Positions 9,926-18,684 of a stretch of 64,000 nucleotides of DNA are shown piece by piece. Under the pieces are notes generated by a model. It did not search any database, was not told the origin of the DNA, and saw only the letters and a list, made by a program, of their open reading frames with translations. This DNA comes from Spirochaetia bacterium (lineage in GTDB: Bacteria; Spirochaetota; Spirochaetia; CAKZLE01), in assembly GCA_963677595.1 (NCBI GenBank), contig OY782041.1, forward strand, positions 1,824,001-1,888,000, in the 5' to 3' direction. A program made the position numbers and the translations under genes. How positions within the stretch are numbered: the stretch's first letter is position 1; the number at the start of each line of letters is the position of its first letter.

Positions 9926-11035
9926 ATGAACGACAATGAAAGACGCGACACGATCATGATCGTGGATGATACACCGGCTAACCTGAAAGTGCTGCAGGAA
10001 CTCCTCCTCGAGGAGGGATACCGGGTGGTAGCCTTCCCAAGGGCCCCGATGGCGATCAAGTCACTCGACCGGACGCAGCCTGACCTGATCCTCATGGACA
10101 TCATGATGCCGGACATGGATGGCTTCGAGGCCTGCCGGGTCATCAAGTCGATGCCGGGTGGGAAGGATATACCGATCATCTTCCTCAGTGCCCTGAGCGA
10201 TACCCTGGATAAGATCAAGGCCTTCGGGTCCGGGGGGGTGGATTACATCACCAAGCCCTTCCAGAAGGATGAGGTCGTCGCCAGGATCCATACCCATATC
10301 AGCATGCGGCGGATGCAGCAGGAGCTCTCCCGCCATAACCGGGAGTTGACGAAGATGGTGGATGAGAAGGTGCGGGAGATCTCAGACTCACAGCTCTCCA
10401 CCCTGGTGGCCATCACCAACCTCTCGGAATCCCGCGACAACTTCACCGGCAAGCACATCGAGCGGACCGGTATCTTCTGCAAGGTCATCGCCGAGGAGAT
10501 GATAGCACGGGGGCTCCACCCCGATATCGTCGACGAGACCTTCGTGAAGAACCTCTACCATGCGGCCCCCCTCCATGACATCGGGAAGATCGGTATCCCC
10601 GACCACATCCTGCTGAAGAAGGGGCGGCTCACCGATGAGGAGTTCGAGATCATGAAGGCCCATACGACCATCGGTGCGATGACGCTGCGGAACGTCCTCG
10701 AGATGTACCCGCAGAACGCCTTCATCCACCTCGGGATCGAGCTGGCGATCTCCCACCACGAACGGTGGAACGGGAGGGGGTACCCCTCCGGCCTCAAGGG
10801 TGAGGCGATCCCGGTCTCGGGCAGGATCATGGCCTTAGCCGATGTCTATGATGCCGTACGGTCACGTCGACCCTACAAGGAGCCGGTCTCCCACGCTGAT
10901 ACGGTCGAGATCATCAAGGGTGAGCGAGGCTTCCACTTCGATCCCCAGGTCGTCGATATCTTCCTCGACAAGGGGGCTGTCTTCGAGGAGATCAGCGTGA
11001 AGATGAAGGACTCCGACGAGGGGTCGTTCACCTGA
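9926..11035 (+). CDS. Response regulator with HD-GYP domain (RpfG-like cyclic-di-GMP phosphodiesterase)
   Basis: REC IMIVDD/LILMDIMMP; LHDIGKIGIPD and HHERWNGRGYP motifs. Confidence 0.93.
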   Translation: MNDNERRDTIMIVDDTPANLKVLQELLLEEGYRVVAFPRAPMAIKSLDRTQPDLILMDIMMPDMDGFEACRVIKSMPGGKDIPIIFLSALSDTLDKIKAFGSGGVDYITKPFQKDEVVARIHTHISMRRMQQELSRHNRELTKMVDEKVREISDSQLSTLVAITNLSESRDNFTGKHIERTGIFCKVIAEEMIARGLHPDIVDETFVKNLYHAAPLHDIGKIGIPDHILLKKGRLTDEEFEIMKAHTTIGAMTLRNVLEMYPQNAFIHLGIELAISHHERWNGRGYPSGLKGEAIPVSGRIMALADVYDAVRSRRPYKEPVSHADTVEIIKGERGFHFDPQVVDIFLDKGAVFEEISVKMKDSDEGSFT

Positions 11036-11109
11036 TCGTGCAGCGGCGGCTGGAACGAGTTAAGGACAGATAAGGGGCTTTACAGCAGACCTATGATGGA
11101 GGTTCAAGG

Positions 11110-11277
11110 ATGGAACGAGTGAGTTTCACTGATTTCAAGGAGGAAGCTCTAAAAGACCCGGAGGTCCGTGAAGCGTATGAAGAGCTGAAACCTGAGTATG
11201 AACTCCGAAAACGCTTGATAGCACTTCGAAAAGAGGCCGGATCGAACCAGAAAGGGACTCCATCCGAAGAAGCATAA
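11110..11277 (+). pseudogene. Truncated XRE/HigA-like antitoxin remnant (55 aa)
   Basis: SD ggagg; MERVSFTDFKEEALKDPEVREAYEELKPEYELRKRLIALRKEAG resembles HigA-type N-termini, and the frame stops where the HTH should start. Confidence 0.6.
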
Positions 11278-11330
11278 CATCCCCATCGATTCTACCCGGT
11301 AAGCACCATAATACGTGTGCCGCTTCCTTT

Positions 11331-12320
11331 TCAACTCTCCCGTTCGATGAGTTCCGGGGTATAGACGACCGTCTTGGTGAATGAGACCTTCTGGTCTATC
11401 AGGTCGAGCAGGGCGTTCGCGCTCTCGTAGCCGAGGCTGTACTTCGGCACCCTGATTGTGGTGAGCTTCGGGATGGTCATCTCACTCATCTCTACATCGT
11501 CATGGCTGATCACGTTCACCCGTCCCGGGATGTCTATCTTCAGGTCATAAAGCGCCCGCAGGACCCCCATGGCCATCTGGTCGTTATAGACGAAGATCGC
11601 GTCGGTATCCGGGTGGCTCTGCATGAGGGTGACCGTCGATGCGTAGGCTGCCTCCATCGAGCTGTCGCACTGGAGGATCCTGCCCCGCTCAAGCTCGATG
11701 CCGGACTCCTTTAGCTGCTCCTTATAACCTTTGAGACGATCCCGGTTGCAGGAGACCTTGAGGTGGAACCCGATATAAGCGGGCTTCGTCCTGCCTTTAC
11801 TGCAGATATACTCCGCGGCTAGCCGGCCGCTCCGGTAGGAGTCGGTGATGAAGTAACTCTGGGTATTGAGGTTCCCCTTCCTGACGATGGTAATATGAGG
11901 TACATGGAGCTGGTCATAATCGAGTTCGCTGACCAGGTCCTGGGACGGGACGATGAGCAGCCCCGCGACCCGGTTCGCCGCGAGGGTACGGAGCATCCGG
12001 CTCTCCCGCTCGAGGTCCTCGTTGCTGCTCAGCGCGAGGATCGTGTAGCCCGACTTCACGATGGCATCATTGATCCCCTGGAGGATCTTCGCATAGAAGG
12101 CATTGTCGATATGGGTGACCACGACCCCGATGGTCTTCTTCGACTGGGTGCGCAGGTGGCTTGCCGAGGCGTTCGGGATATACCCGAGCTCATCGGCGAT
12201 CTTCCTGATCCTCCGCTTCGTCTCCTCCCCGATGTCGCTCTTGTCCTGGAGAGCCCGGCTCACGGTATTGATCGAGACCTTGGCCTTGTCTGCAATATCC
12301 TTCAGGCGTACGTAACCCAT
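11331..12320 (-). CDS. LacI family transcriptional regulator
   Basis: LKDIADKAKVSINTVSRAL HTH, LGYIPN.SA..L hinge, PKLTTI sugar-binding C-terminus (alternative start 12326). Confidence 0.95.
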   Translation of the reverse strand: MGYVRLKDIADKAKVSINTVSRALQDKSDIGEETKRRIRKIADELGYIPNASASHLRTQSKKTIGVVVTHIDNAFYAKILQGINDAIVKSGYTILALSSNEDLERESRMLRTLAANRVAGLLIVPSQDLVSELDYDQLHVPHITIVRKGNLNTQSYFITDSYRSGRLAAEYICSKGRTKPAYIGFHLKVSCNRDRLKGYKEQLKESGIELERGRILQCDSSMEAAYASTVTLMQSHPDTDAIFVYNDQMAMGVLRALYDLKIDIPGRVNVISHDDVEMSEMTIPKLTTIRVPKYSLGYESANALLDLIDQKVSFTKTVVYTPELIERES

Positions 12321-12340
12321 CAGCATCTCCCCCTAATGCC

Positions 12341-12352
12341 ATTAACGTTAAT
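12341..12352. promoter_or_regulatory. LacI-type operator (auxiliary or autoregulatory)
   Basis: Palindrome ATTAACGTTAAT, identical to the core of the 12458 site. Confidence 0.75.
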
Positions 12353-12424
12353 CCTATTATAGATTATTTTTATACGTGTAATAAAGAGCAGAATAGTGAT
12401 ATTCATGATTTTCTCATTTATTGT

Positions 12425-12473
12425 TTGACAAATATGGGATTCGATCCTATACTTTCAACATTAACGTTAATGT
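12425..12473 (+). promoter_or_regulatory. Sigma70 promoter with LacI operator at the transcription start
   Basis: TTGACA(12425)-17 bp-TATACT(12448); perfect 16-bp palindrome ACATTAACGTTAATGT at 12458-12473 with the central CG typical of LacI-family sites. Confidence 0.85.
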
Positions 12474-12494
12474 AACGTACAAAAGGAGAATCTT

Positions 12495-13772
12495 ATGAAC
12501 AAACGACTGATGCTTACGCTCTTCGTCGTGCTCTGCCTGGCATTCCCTGCCGCCCTCACGGCACAGGGACAGACAGAAGGAGAGGCAGCCCCGGAGAAGG
12601 TAACATTCTTTCACTACTTCTCAGGGACCCTCGCCGGTGGGATCGACGATCTTGTGGGCAATTTCAATGCGGAGAACCCGGAGTATGAACTGACCCATAC
12701 CCCCGTGGACCATGAGGCCTTCAAGACCTCCATCAGGGTCATGCTCTCCGGCGGCAATCCGCCGACCCTCTTCTCATACTGGGCCGGGGCACGGGTACAG
12801 TTCATCGTGGATGCTGACAGGCTCGAACCCATCGATGATGTCTATGAAGCATTCGGCTTGAACGATACGTTCAGCGAGGCTGTCAAGATGGGGGCAACCT
12901 ATAACGGGAAGACCTACTTCATGCCGCTGACACAGCATTATGTACCCTTCTTCTATAACAAGGCTGTCTTCGAGGCGGCCGGGGTCACCCCTCCGGCAAC
13001 CTGGGATGAGTTCCTCACCGTCTGTGAGACCCTCAAGTCACAGGGGATCGTCCCGATCGCCCTCGGCTCACGGGAACGATGGCCGGCACAGTTCTGGCTC
13101 GACTACCCGCTGCTGCGGACAGCAGGACCTGCCTACCGTGCAAACCTCATGAACGGAGAAGCCTCCTATACCGACCCCGAGGTCGTGAAGGCTTTCGGTA
13201 TCTGGAAGGAACTGCTGGACAAGGGCTATTTCAACGAGGACCCCAACGCCTATGACTGGGCTGAGGCAGTCACGATGGTCGGGACCGGGGAAGCAGCCAT
13301 GACCCTCATGGGTACCTGGTTCATGCAGCTTGACGAGCAGATCGGCTGGGAAGCCGGTAAGGATTACGATTACTTCCCGTTCCCCGTCATCGACCCGTCA
13401 GTGCCGGATGCCGCAGTCGGACCGATCGACGGTGTCGTGCTGGCTAAGGATGGTGATGCCAAGGAAGCCGGGAAGGAAGTACTCGGCCAGCTCGCAGGGA
13501 AGGGGCCGCAGGCGACCTTCAACAGCGGGACCGGTGCACTGGCCCCCAACAGCGAGGTCTCCGACGATATCTACAATGCCCTCCAGCTCGACGTGAAGGC
13601 GTACCTCGCGACCGTCCCCAACTGGGCATACAACTATGACCTGGCAACCCCTCCGCCGGTAGCGGATGTCGGCCTCGATGCATTCACGAAGTTCATCGAC
13701 GGGCCTGCCGCCTACCTCGATATCCTCTCGGATACCCAGAAAGGCGCAGAAGCGGCCTTCGCGAACCTCTAG
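12495..13772 (+). CDS. Carbohydrate ABC transporter substrate-binding protein (CUT1)
   Basis: Signal peptide; FFYNKAVFEAAGVTPPATWDEF and AAMTLMGTW motifs; SD aaggag. Confidence 0.92.
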   Translation: MNKRLMLTLFVVLCLAFPAALTAQGQTEGEAAPEKVTFFHYFSGTLAGGIDDLVGNFNAENPEYELTHTPVDHEAFKTSIRVMLSGGNPPTLFSYWAGARVQFIVDADRLEPIDDVYEAFGLNDTFSEAVKMGATYNGKTYFMPLTQHYVPFFYNKAVFEAAGVTPPATWDEFLTVCETLKSQGIVPIALGSRERWPAQFWLDYPLLRTAGPAYRANLMNGEASYTDPEVVKAFGIWKELLDKGYFNEDPNAYDWAEAVTMVGTGEAAMTLMGTWFMQLDEQIGWEAGKDYDYFPFPVIDPSVPDAAVGPIDGVVLAKDGDAKEAGKEVLGQLAGKGPQATFNSGTGALAPNSEVSDDIYNALQLDVKAYLATVPNWAYNYDLATPPPVADVGLDAFTKFIDGPAAYLDILSDTQKGAEAAFANL

Positions 13773-13783
13773 GAACCGTATCT

Positions 13784-13816
13784 TCCTGTGATGTAGCGAT
13801 CGGCTGCATCACAGGA
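13784..13816 (+). terminator. Intra-operon stem-loop after the SBP gene
   Basis: TCCTGTGATGTAGC-gatcg-GCTGCATCACAGGA, no strong U-tract. Confidence 0.55.
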
Positions 13817-13845
13817 GCCTTCTTACCCCAGATTAAGGATACTGC

Positions 13846-14712
13846 ATGAAACAGAAACTACTTGCCTGGCAGTTCCTCGCGTTGCCGCTGGCGATCTACG
13901 CAGGAATCATCATCATCCCGTTCTTCGGTTCGATCGTCTACAGCTTCACCGACTGGAACGGTATCTCCGAGACCTGGAACTTCATCGGGCTGAAGAACTA
14001 CCTGAGGGTGTTCACGGACGTGAACTTCAAGGGGGCCCTGCTCCACAACGTGGTCTGGGTCATCTTCTTCCTCGGCATCCCGACGCTCTTCGGGCTCCTG
14101 ATGGCAGTCCTCCTCGATTCGAAGGTGAAGGGGGCGACCCTCTTCAAGTCGGTCATCTACCTCCCCATGATCTTCTCCTACGTCATCGCAGGAATGATCT
14201 GGACCTTCATCTATGAACCGAGGCTTGGCATCATCAACCTGGCCCTCTCCCGAGTCGGCCTTGACGGGCTTACCACCGCGTGGCTGGCTAACCCTGATAC
14301 GGCCCTCATCTCAGTCATCCTCGTTGCTGCCTGGCAGCATACGGGACTGTGCATGATCCTCTTCCTTGCCGGGCTGCAGGGCGTCCGGTCCGACCTCATC
14401 GAGGCGGCACAGCTCGACGGCTGCGGAGAGCGGCAGGTCTTCTGGCATGTCGTCCTGCCGCAGCTCTCGAACTCGGCGATCATCGTCATCTCCCTGACGG
14501 TGATCAACTCGCTCAAAAGCTTCGACATCGTCTATATCATGACCAAGGGCGGGCCGTTCAGGTCCTCTGAGGTGCTGACGACCCTGATGTACCGCGAGGC
14601 TTTCTGGAACTACCAGATGGGCTACGGGAGCGCGGTAGCGAACATGCTCTTCTTCATCGTACTGGGGATCATATTCCTCTATCTCAGGACCCTGGTAAAG
14701 GAGGGGAAGTGA
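13846..14712 (+). CDS. Carbohydrate ABC transporter permease (MalF/UgpA-like)
   Basis: FIGLKNY, EAA motif LIEAAQLDG, FDIVYIMTKGGP. Confidence 0.94.
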   Translation: MKQKLLAWQFLALPLAIYAGIIIIPFFGSIVYSFTDWNGISETWNFIGLKNYLRVFTDVNFKGALLHNVVWVIFFLGIPTLFGLLMAVLLDSKVKGATLFKSVIYLPMIFSYVIAGMIWTFIYEPRLGIINLALSRVGLDGLTTAWLANPDTALISVILVAAWQHTGLCMILFLAGLQGVRSDLIEAAQLDGCGERQVFWHVVLPQLSNSAIIVISLTVINSLKSFDIVYIMTKGGPFRSSEVLTTLMYREAFWNYQMGYGSAVANMLFFIVLGIIFLYLRTLVKEGK

Positions 14713-15548
14713 TGCAGACAGCTAAGAATCCGCTAAAGAGAGCAGTGATCTACCTGGTCATCCTGCTCCTCTGCCTCATCTTCCTCATCCCCGTCTACGG
14801 GGCGGTGACCACGGCATTCCGGCTCAACAAGGAGATCATCCACGAGGGATTCTGGGTGCTGCCCTCGAGCCTCACCTTCGAGAACTTCCAGAACGTCCTC
14901 TCTGACGGGAAGCTCCTCGGTTTCCTTCGGAACACCTTCCTGGTGACCGGTACGGCTACCGTGGTATCGATCGCGCTCGGCTGCCTGACAGGTTACGCCT
15001 TCGGGAAGCTCGAGTTCAAGGGGAGCGGCCCGCTCTACCTCGTCGTCATCGCGGGCATGTTCTTCCCGCCGCAGGTCGTGCTCATCCCGCTCTTCAAGCT
15101 CTTCAACACCCTGCACCTGCTCGATACAGTCTGGGCCCTGATCCTGGTCCATGTCGGCTTCGGTCTGCCGATCTGCACCCTCATGATGACCAACTTCTTC
15201 AAGGACATCCCGGATGCCCTGAGGAGTTCGGCGAGGATCGACGGCTGCAGTGACTGGGTGATCCTGCGGAAGATCATGCTCCCGCTGGCGAAATCGTCGA
15301 TCACTGCCCTGGTCATCCTGCAGTTCACCTGGATCTGGAACGACTTCCTCTGGCCGCTGGTCATGGTCAAGTCGGAGTCGAAGATGACGATCCAGATGGG
15401 GATCATGCAGATCAGGGGACAGTACGGGCTCGCATGGGGCAACCAGGCGGCAGCCTGCCTGCTCGCGACGATCCCGACCCTCCTGCTCTTCATCTTCATG
15501 CAGAAGTACTTCATCAGAGGGCTGACCATGGGGGCGGTGAAAGAATGA
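14712..15548 (+). CDS. Carbohydrate ABC transporter permease (MalG/UgpE-like)
   Basis: SARIDGC EAA motif, WNDFLWPL, QKYFIRGLTMGAVK. Confidence 0.94.
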   Translation: MQTAKNPLKRAVIYLVILLLCLIFLIPVYGAVTTAFRLNKEIIHEGFWVLPSSLTFENFQNVLSDGKLLGFLRNTFLVTGTATVVSIALGCLTGYAFGKLEFKGSGPLYLVVIAGMFFPPQVVLIPLFKLFNTLHLLDTVWALILVHVGFGLPICTLMMTNFFKDIPDALRSSARIDGCSDWVILRKIMLPLAKSSITALVILQFTWIWNDFLWPLVMVKSESKMTIQMGIMQIRGQYGLAWGNQAAACLLATIPTLLLFIFMQKYFIRGLTMGAVKE

Positions 15549-15579
15549 GTGGTATACATACGAAAGTGAGGTTTGATTC

Positions 15580-17475
15580 ATGAGACAAGAGATACAAACA
15601 GATACTGTCAGCAGGAGGAGGGTCCGTGCCCGTGCAGTCGCACAGGCAGGCTCCCTGCAGCAGGCAGTCCTTACCGGGCTGATAGAACAGTTCGAGGACC
15701 TGACGATGAATGAGGTGCTCGTCCTCGGGCTCATCAACCAGGAAGTGCGAACCTTCATCGGCATCTTCGGGCACGGCTCGACCGACCTCGGCGAGGTGCT
15801 GCGGGTCTATGAGGAGGAAGGGCTGCTGAAGGTGATCCCCGTCCACAACGAGGTGATGGCCTCCCATGTCGCGTCCATGCTCGCATGGAAGCACGGGGAG
15901 CGTCCTGCCGTGTTCACGTCGATCGGGCCGGGAGCCCTCCAGGCAGCGGCAGGTTCACTGGTGAGCCTCTCCAACGGGCTGGGGGTCTACTACCTCTTCG
16001 GGGACGAGACGACCCACAACGAAGGGCCGAACATGCAGCAGATCCCGAGGAAGGAACAGGATCTCTACCTCCGGCTCCTCTCGACTCTCGGCAAGGCCTA
16101 TTCGGTCGCTGAGCCGCGGTCGATCTATACTGCCCTGAAGTGGGGGTATGCGGCGGTGAACGACCCCGCAGGCCATACGCCCTTCTTCCTGTTGCTCCCG
16201 ATGAACGCGCAGAGTACGGTCATGGAAGGGAGCAACCTGCTCGAGATACCTGCCCCTAAGGCATCATCACCACAGGTTTCCTGCGATGAGCGGCTCTTCA
16301 AGGATGCAGTTCGTGCGATCTCCACACATGACCGGATCCTCGTGAAGATCGGCGGGGGATCGCGGGATGTCCCGGAAGCGCTGCTCTCCGAGTTCGTGGA
16401 AGCGACCGGGGCCGTGCTGGTCCATGGGCCGAACGTGTCGGGGAGACTCCCCTATGGACATGGGCGGAACATGGGGGTCGGCGGGTCGAAAGGATCGATC
16501 TGCGGCAATTATGCTATGGAACACTGCGACCTGCTGATCAGCATCGGGGCACGGGGTGTCTGCCAGGCAGACAGCTCAGGAACCGCGTGGAAAGAGGTGA
16601 GGCAGGTGGTCAGCATCAATACCGAATGTATCGATGCCTACCAGTACAACCGTACGATCCCGCTGCTCGGGGACGCCGCCCTCGTCATCGGGAAGCTGCT
16701 TGGGCATCTTGGGAAGGTGCCGGTATCAGGGGAGAAGCAGGCATGGATCGATGTCTGCAGTGCCCGGAAGGAGCGCTGGCGGGAATACAAACGGGAACGG
16801 TATGACCATCCCGTCCTCTTCGATGAGGCCTTCGGCAGGAAGGTGCTGACCCAGCCGGCGGCGATCCGCTGCGCTGTGGGGTTCGCCGATGCCATCGAGG
16901 CCTGCAAGGTCTTCGATGCAGGGGATGTCCAGGCGAACGGCTTCCAGATCGTGGAGGACAGCTCCTACGGGAGGACCATAACCGATACCGGTTCCTCCTA
17001 CATGGGCTTCGCCGCCAGCGCGATCCTCGCCCATGCGTTGGTCGATACCGAAGAGTATGCGATAGCCTTCACCGGGGACGGGAGCTTCCTCATGAATCCC
17101 CAGATCCTCAGCGATGCCGTACAGTACGGGCTCAAGGCCATGGTCATCATCTTCGACAACCGGAGGATGGGAGCCATCTCGAGCCTCCAGAAGGCCCAGT
17201 ACGGTATAGACTACGCCACCAACGATTCCGTCGCTGTCGATTACGTGCAGCTAGCCTCCTCGTTCGCAGGGGTGAAGGGGATCTTCGGCGGCTATGACAC
17301 ACAAACACTGAAACAGGCCCTCGTGGAGGGGTATGAGTATAACGGACTGTCTGTGATCCACGTGCCGGTCTACTTCGGGGATGACCCGAAAGGCGGCCTG
17401 GGGACCTTCGGTTCCTGGAACGTCGGATGCTGGTGTGACGCAGTACAGCAGGAAAAACATAGGATAGGACTGTAG
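15580..17475 (+). CDS. ThDP-dependent enzyme, divergent IolD-like (acylhydrolase/decarboxylase family)
   Basis: GIFGHG, HNEVMASH and TSIGPGA resemble IolD; ThDP motif GDGSFLM...IFDN. Confidence 0.8.
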   Translation: MRQEIQTDTVSRRRVRARAVAQAGSLQQAVLTGLIEQFEDLTMNEVLVLGLINQEVRTFIGIFGHGSTDLGEVLRVYEEEGLLKVIPVHNEVMASHVASMLAWKHGERPAVFTSIGPGALQAAAGSLVSLSNGLGVYYLFGDETTHNEGPNMQQIPRKEQDLYLRLLSTLGKAYSVAEPRSIYTALKWGYAAVNDPAGHTPFFLLLPMNAQSTVMEGSNLLEIPAPKASSPQVSCDERLFKDAVRAISTHDRILVKIGGGSRDVPEALLSEFVEATGAVLVHGPNVSGRLPYGHGRNMGVGGSKGSICGNYAMEHCDLLISIGARGVCQADSSGTAWKEVRQVVSINTECIDAYQYNRTIPLLGDAALVIGKLLGHLGKVPVSGEKQAWIDVCSARKERWREYKRERYDHPVLFDEAFGRKVLTQPAAIRCAVGFADAIEACKVFDAGDVQANGFQIVEDSSYGRTITDTGSSYMGFAASAILAHALVDTEEYAIAFTGDGSFLMNPQILSDAVQYGLKAMVIIFDNRRMGAISSLQKAQYGIDYATNDSVAVDYVQLASSFAGVKGIFGGYDTQTLKQALVEGYEYNGLSVIHVPVYFGDDPKGGLGTFGSWNVGCWCDAVQQEKHRIGL

Positions 17476-17476
17476 C

Positions 17477-18643
17477 ATGAAACCAATACGTGTAGGATTT
17501 ATCGGGTGCGGCAGGATCTCGGATCTCCATTACCTCGGGTATAGGGACCGGGAGGACGCGAAGGTGGTCGCCGTCTGCGACACCAATGAGGCGGCAGCCG
17601 CCGCGAAGATGGGCGAGTGGGGCGCTGAGTACTCCACGACCGACTACCGGAGGATCCTCGAGGATCCCTCCATCGATGCGGTGGAGATACTCACCCCGCA
17701 GAAGCTCCATGAGTCGATGTCGATCGAGGCGCTCGAACGGGGGAAGCACGTGCTCGTGCAGAAACCGATGACCATCAGCCTGGAGAGTGCCGACCGGATG
17801 ATCGCGGCAGCGAAAGGGAGCGGGAAGACGTTCAAGGTCATGGAGAACTATATCTTCTACCCGCCGATCATGAAGGCTAAAGAGCTCATCGAGGAGGGGA
17901 GGATCGGGGAGCCGATCAGCATGAGGATCAAGTTCATCAGCGGTTCCTCCGGCGGCTGGGCCATCCCTGAGGAGTCCTGGGCCTGGAGGCTGGAGGAGAA
18001 CGTCGAGGGCCGCGGGATCCAGACCTTCGACCATGGCTTCCATATGTGGTCCACGGCCTGGTTCTTCATGGGGGAGGTGGAACGGGTCGTCGCCTGGATC
18101 GACTCGATCGACAACATCGTGGACTGCCCGGCGACCATCATGTGGAAGTACAAGGGGGGCAAGCAGTACGGGACCTGTGATTATACCCATGCCTGGGAGC
18201 TGGCCATCCCCTCTGACTACTATGCCAACGATGAGTGGTTCGAGATCACCGGCTCGAAGGGGGTCATCAAGGTCAACCGGTGCACCGGCCTGGTCCAGGA
18301 GGGCCCGTCAGTGAGCCTCTTCACCGATGAGGGCTGGGAGCACTTCTCTGACATCGAGTCGGACTGGGCTTCAGGCTTCATAGGGGCTACCGGGAACTTC
18401 ATCGATGCCATGCAGGGGAAGCGTACCCCCATGCTCAGCGGGGCTGATGCCCGCGAGATCATGAAGTTCAGCTTCGCGATCCAGAAGGCATCGAAGGAGC
18501 GGCGCGAGGTCTACCTCGACGAACTTGATGCCGAGGACCCCGAAGCCTACACGGCAGAGAGGATCGTGGAGGAGAAGGTGACGGCAGGCAGCCGGAAGAT
18601 CCTGACCCTCGATGAATTGAGAGCCTACCAGAGAATTCTGTAG
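17477..18643 (+). CDS. Gfo/Idh/MocA family NAD(P)-dependent oxidoreductase
   Basis: GFIGCGRIS Rossmann motif, GKHVLVQKPM, DHGFH. Confidence 0.92.
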   Translation: MKPIRVGFIGCGRISDLHYLGYRDREDAKVVAVCDTNEAAAAAKMGEWGAEYSTTDYRRILEDPSIDAVEILTPQKLHESMSIEALERGKHVLVQKPMTISLESADRMIAAAKGSGKTFKVMENYIFYPPIMKAKELIEEGRIGEPISMRIKFISGSSGGWAIPEESWAWRLEENVEGRGIQTFDHGFHMWSTAWFFMGEVERVVAWIDSIDNIVDCPATIMWKYKGGKQYGTCDYTHAWELAIPSDYYANDEWFEITGSKGVIKVNRCTGLVQEGPSVSLFTDEGWEHFSDIESDWASGFIGATGNFIDAMQGKRTPMLSGADAREIMKFSFAIQKASKERREVYLDELDAEDPEAYTAERIVEEKVTAGSRKILTLDELRAYQRIL

Positions 18644-18684
18644 TACCGGGACATAAGGAAAAGAAGCAAAACAAGCGTATAGGT

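Noticed and set aside
11149-11334. 61-aa minus-strand ORF after lacI
   Set aside because: No recognisable features; the opposite strand carries the antitoxin-like remnant.
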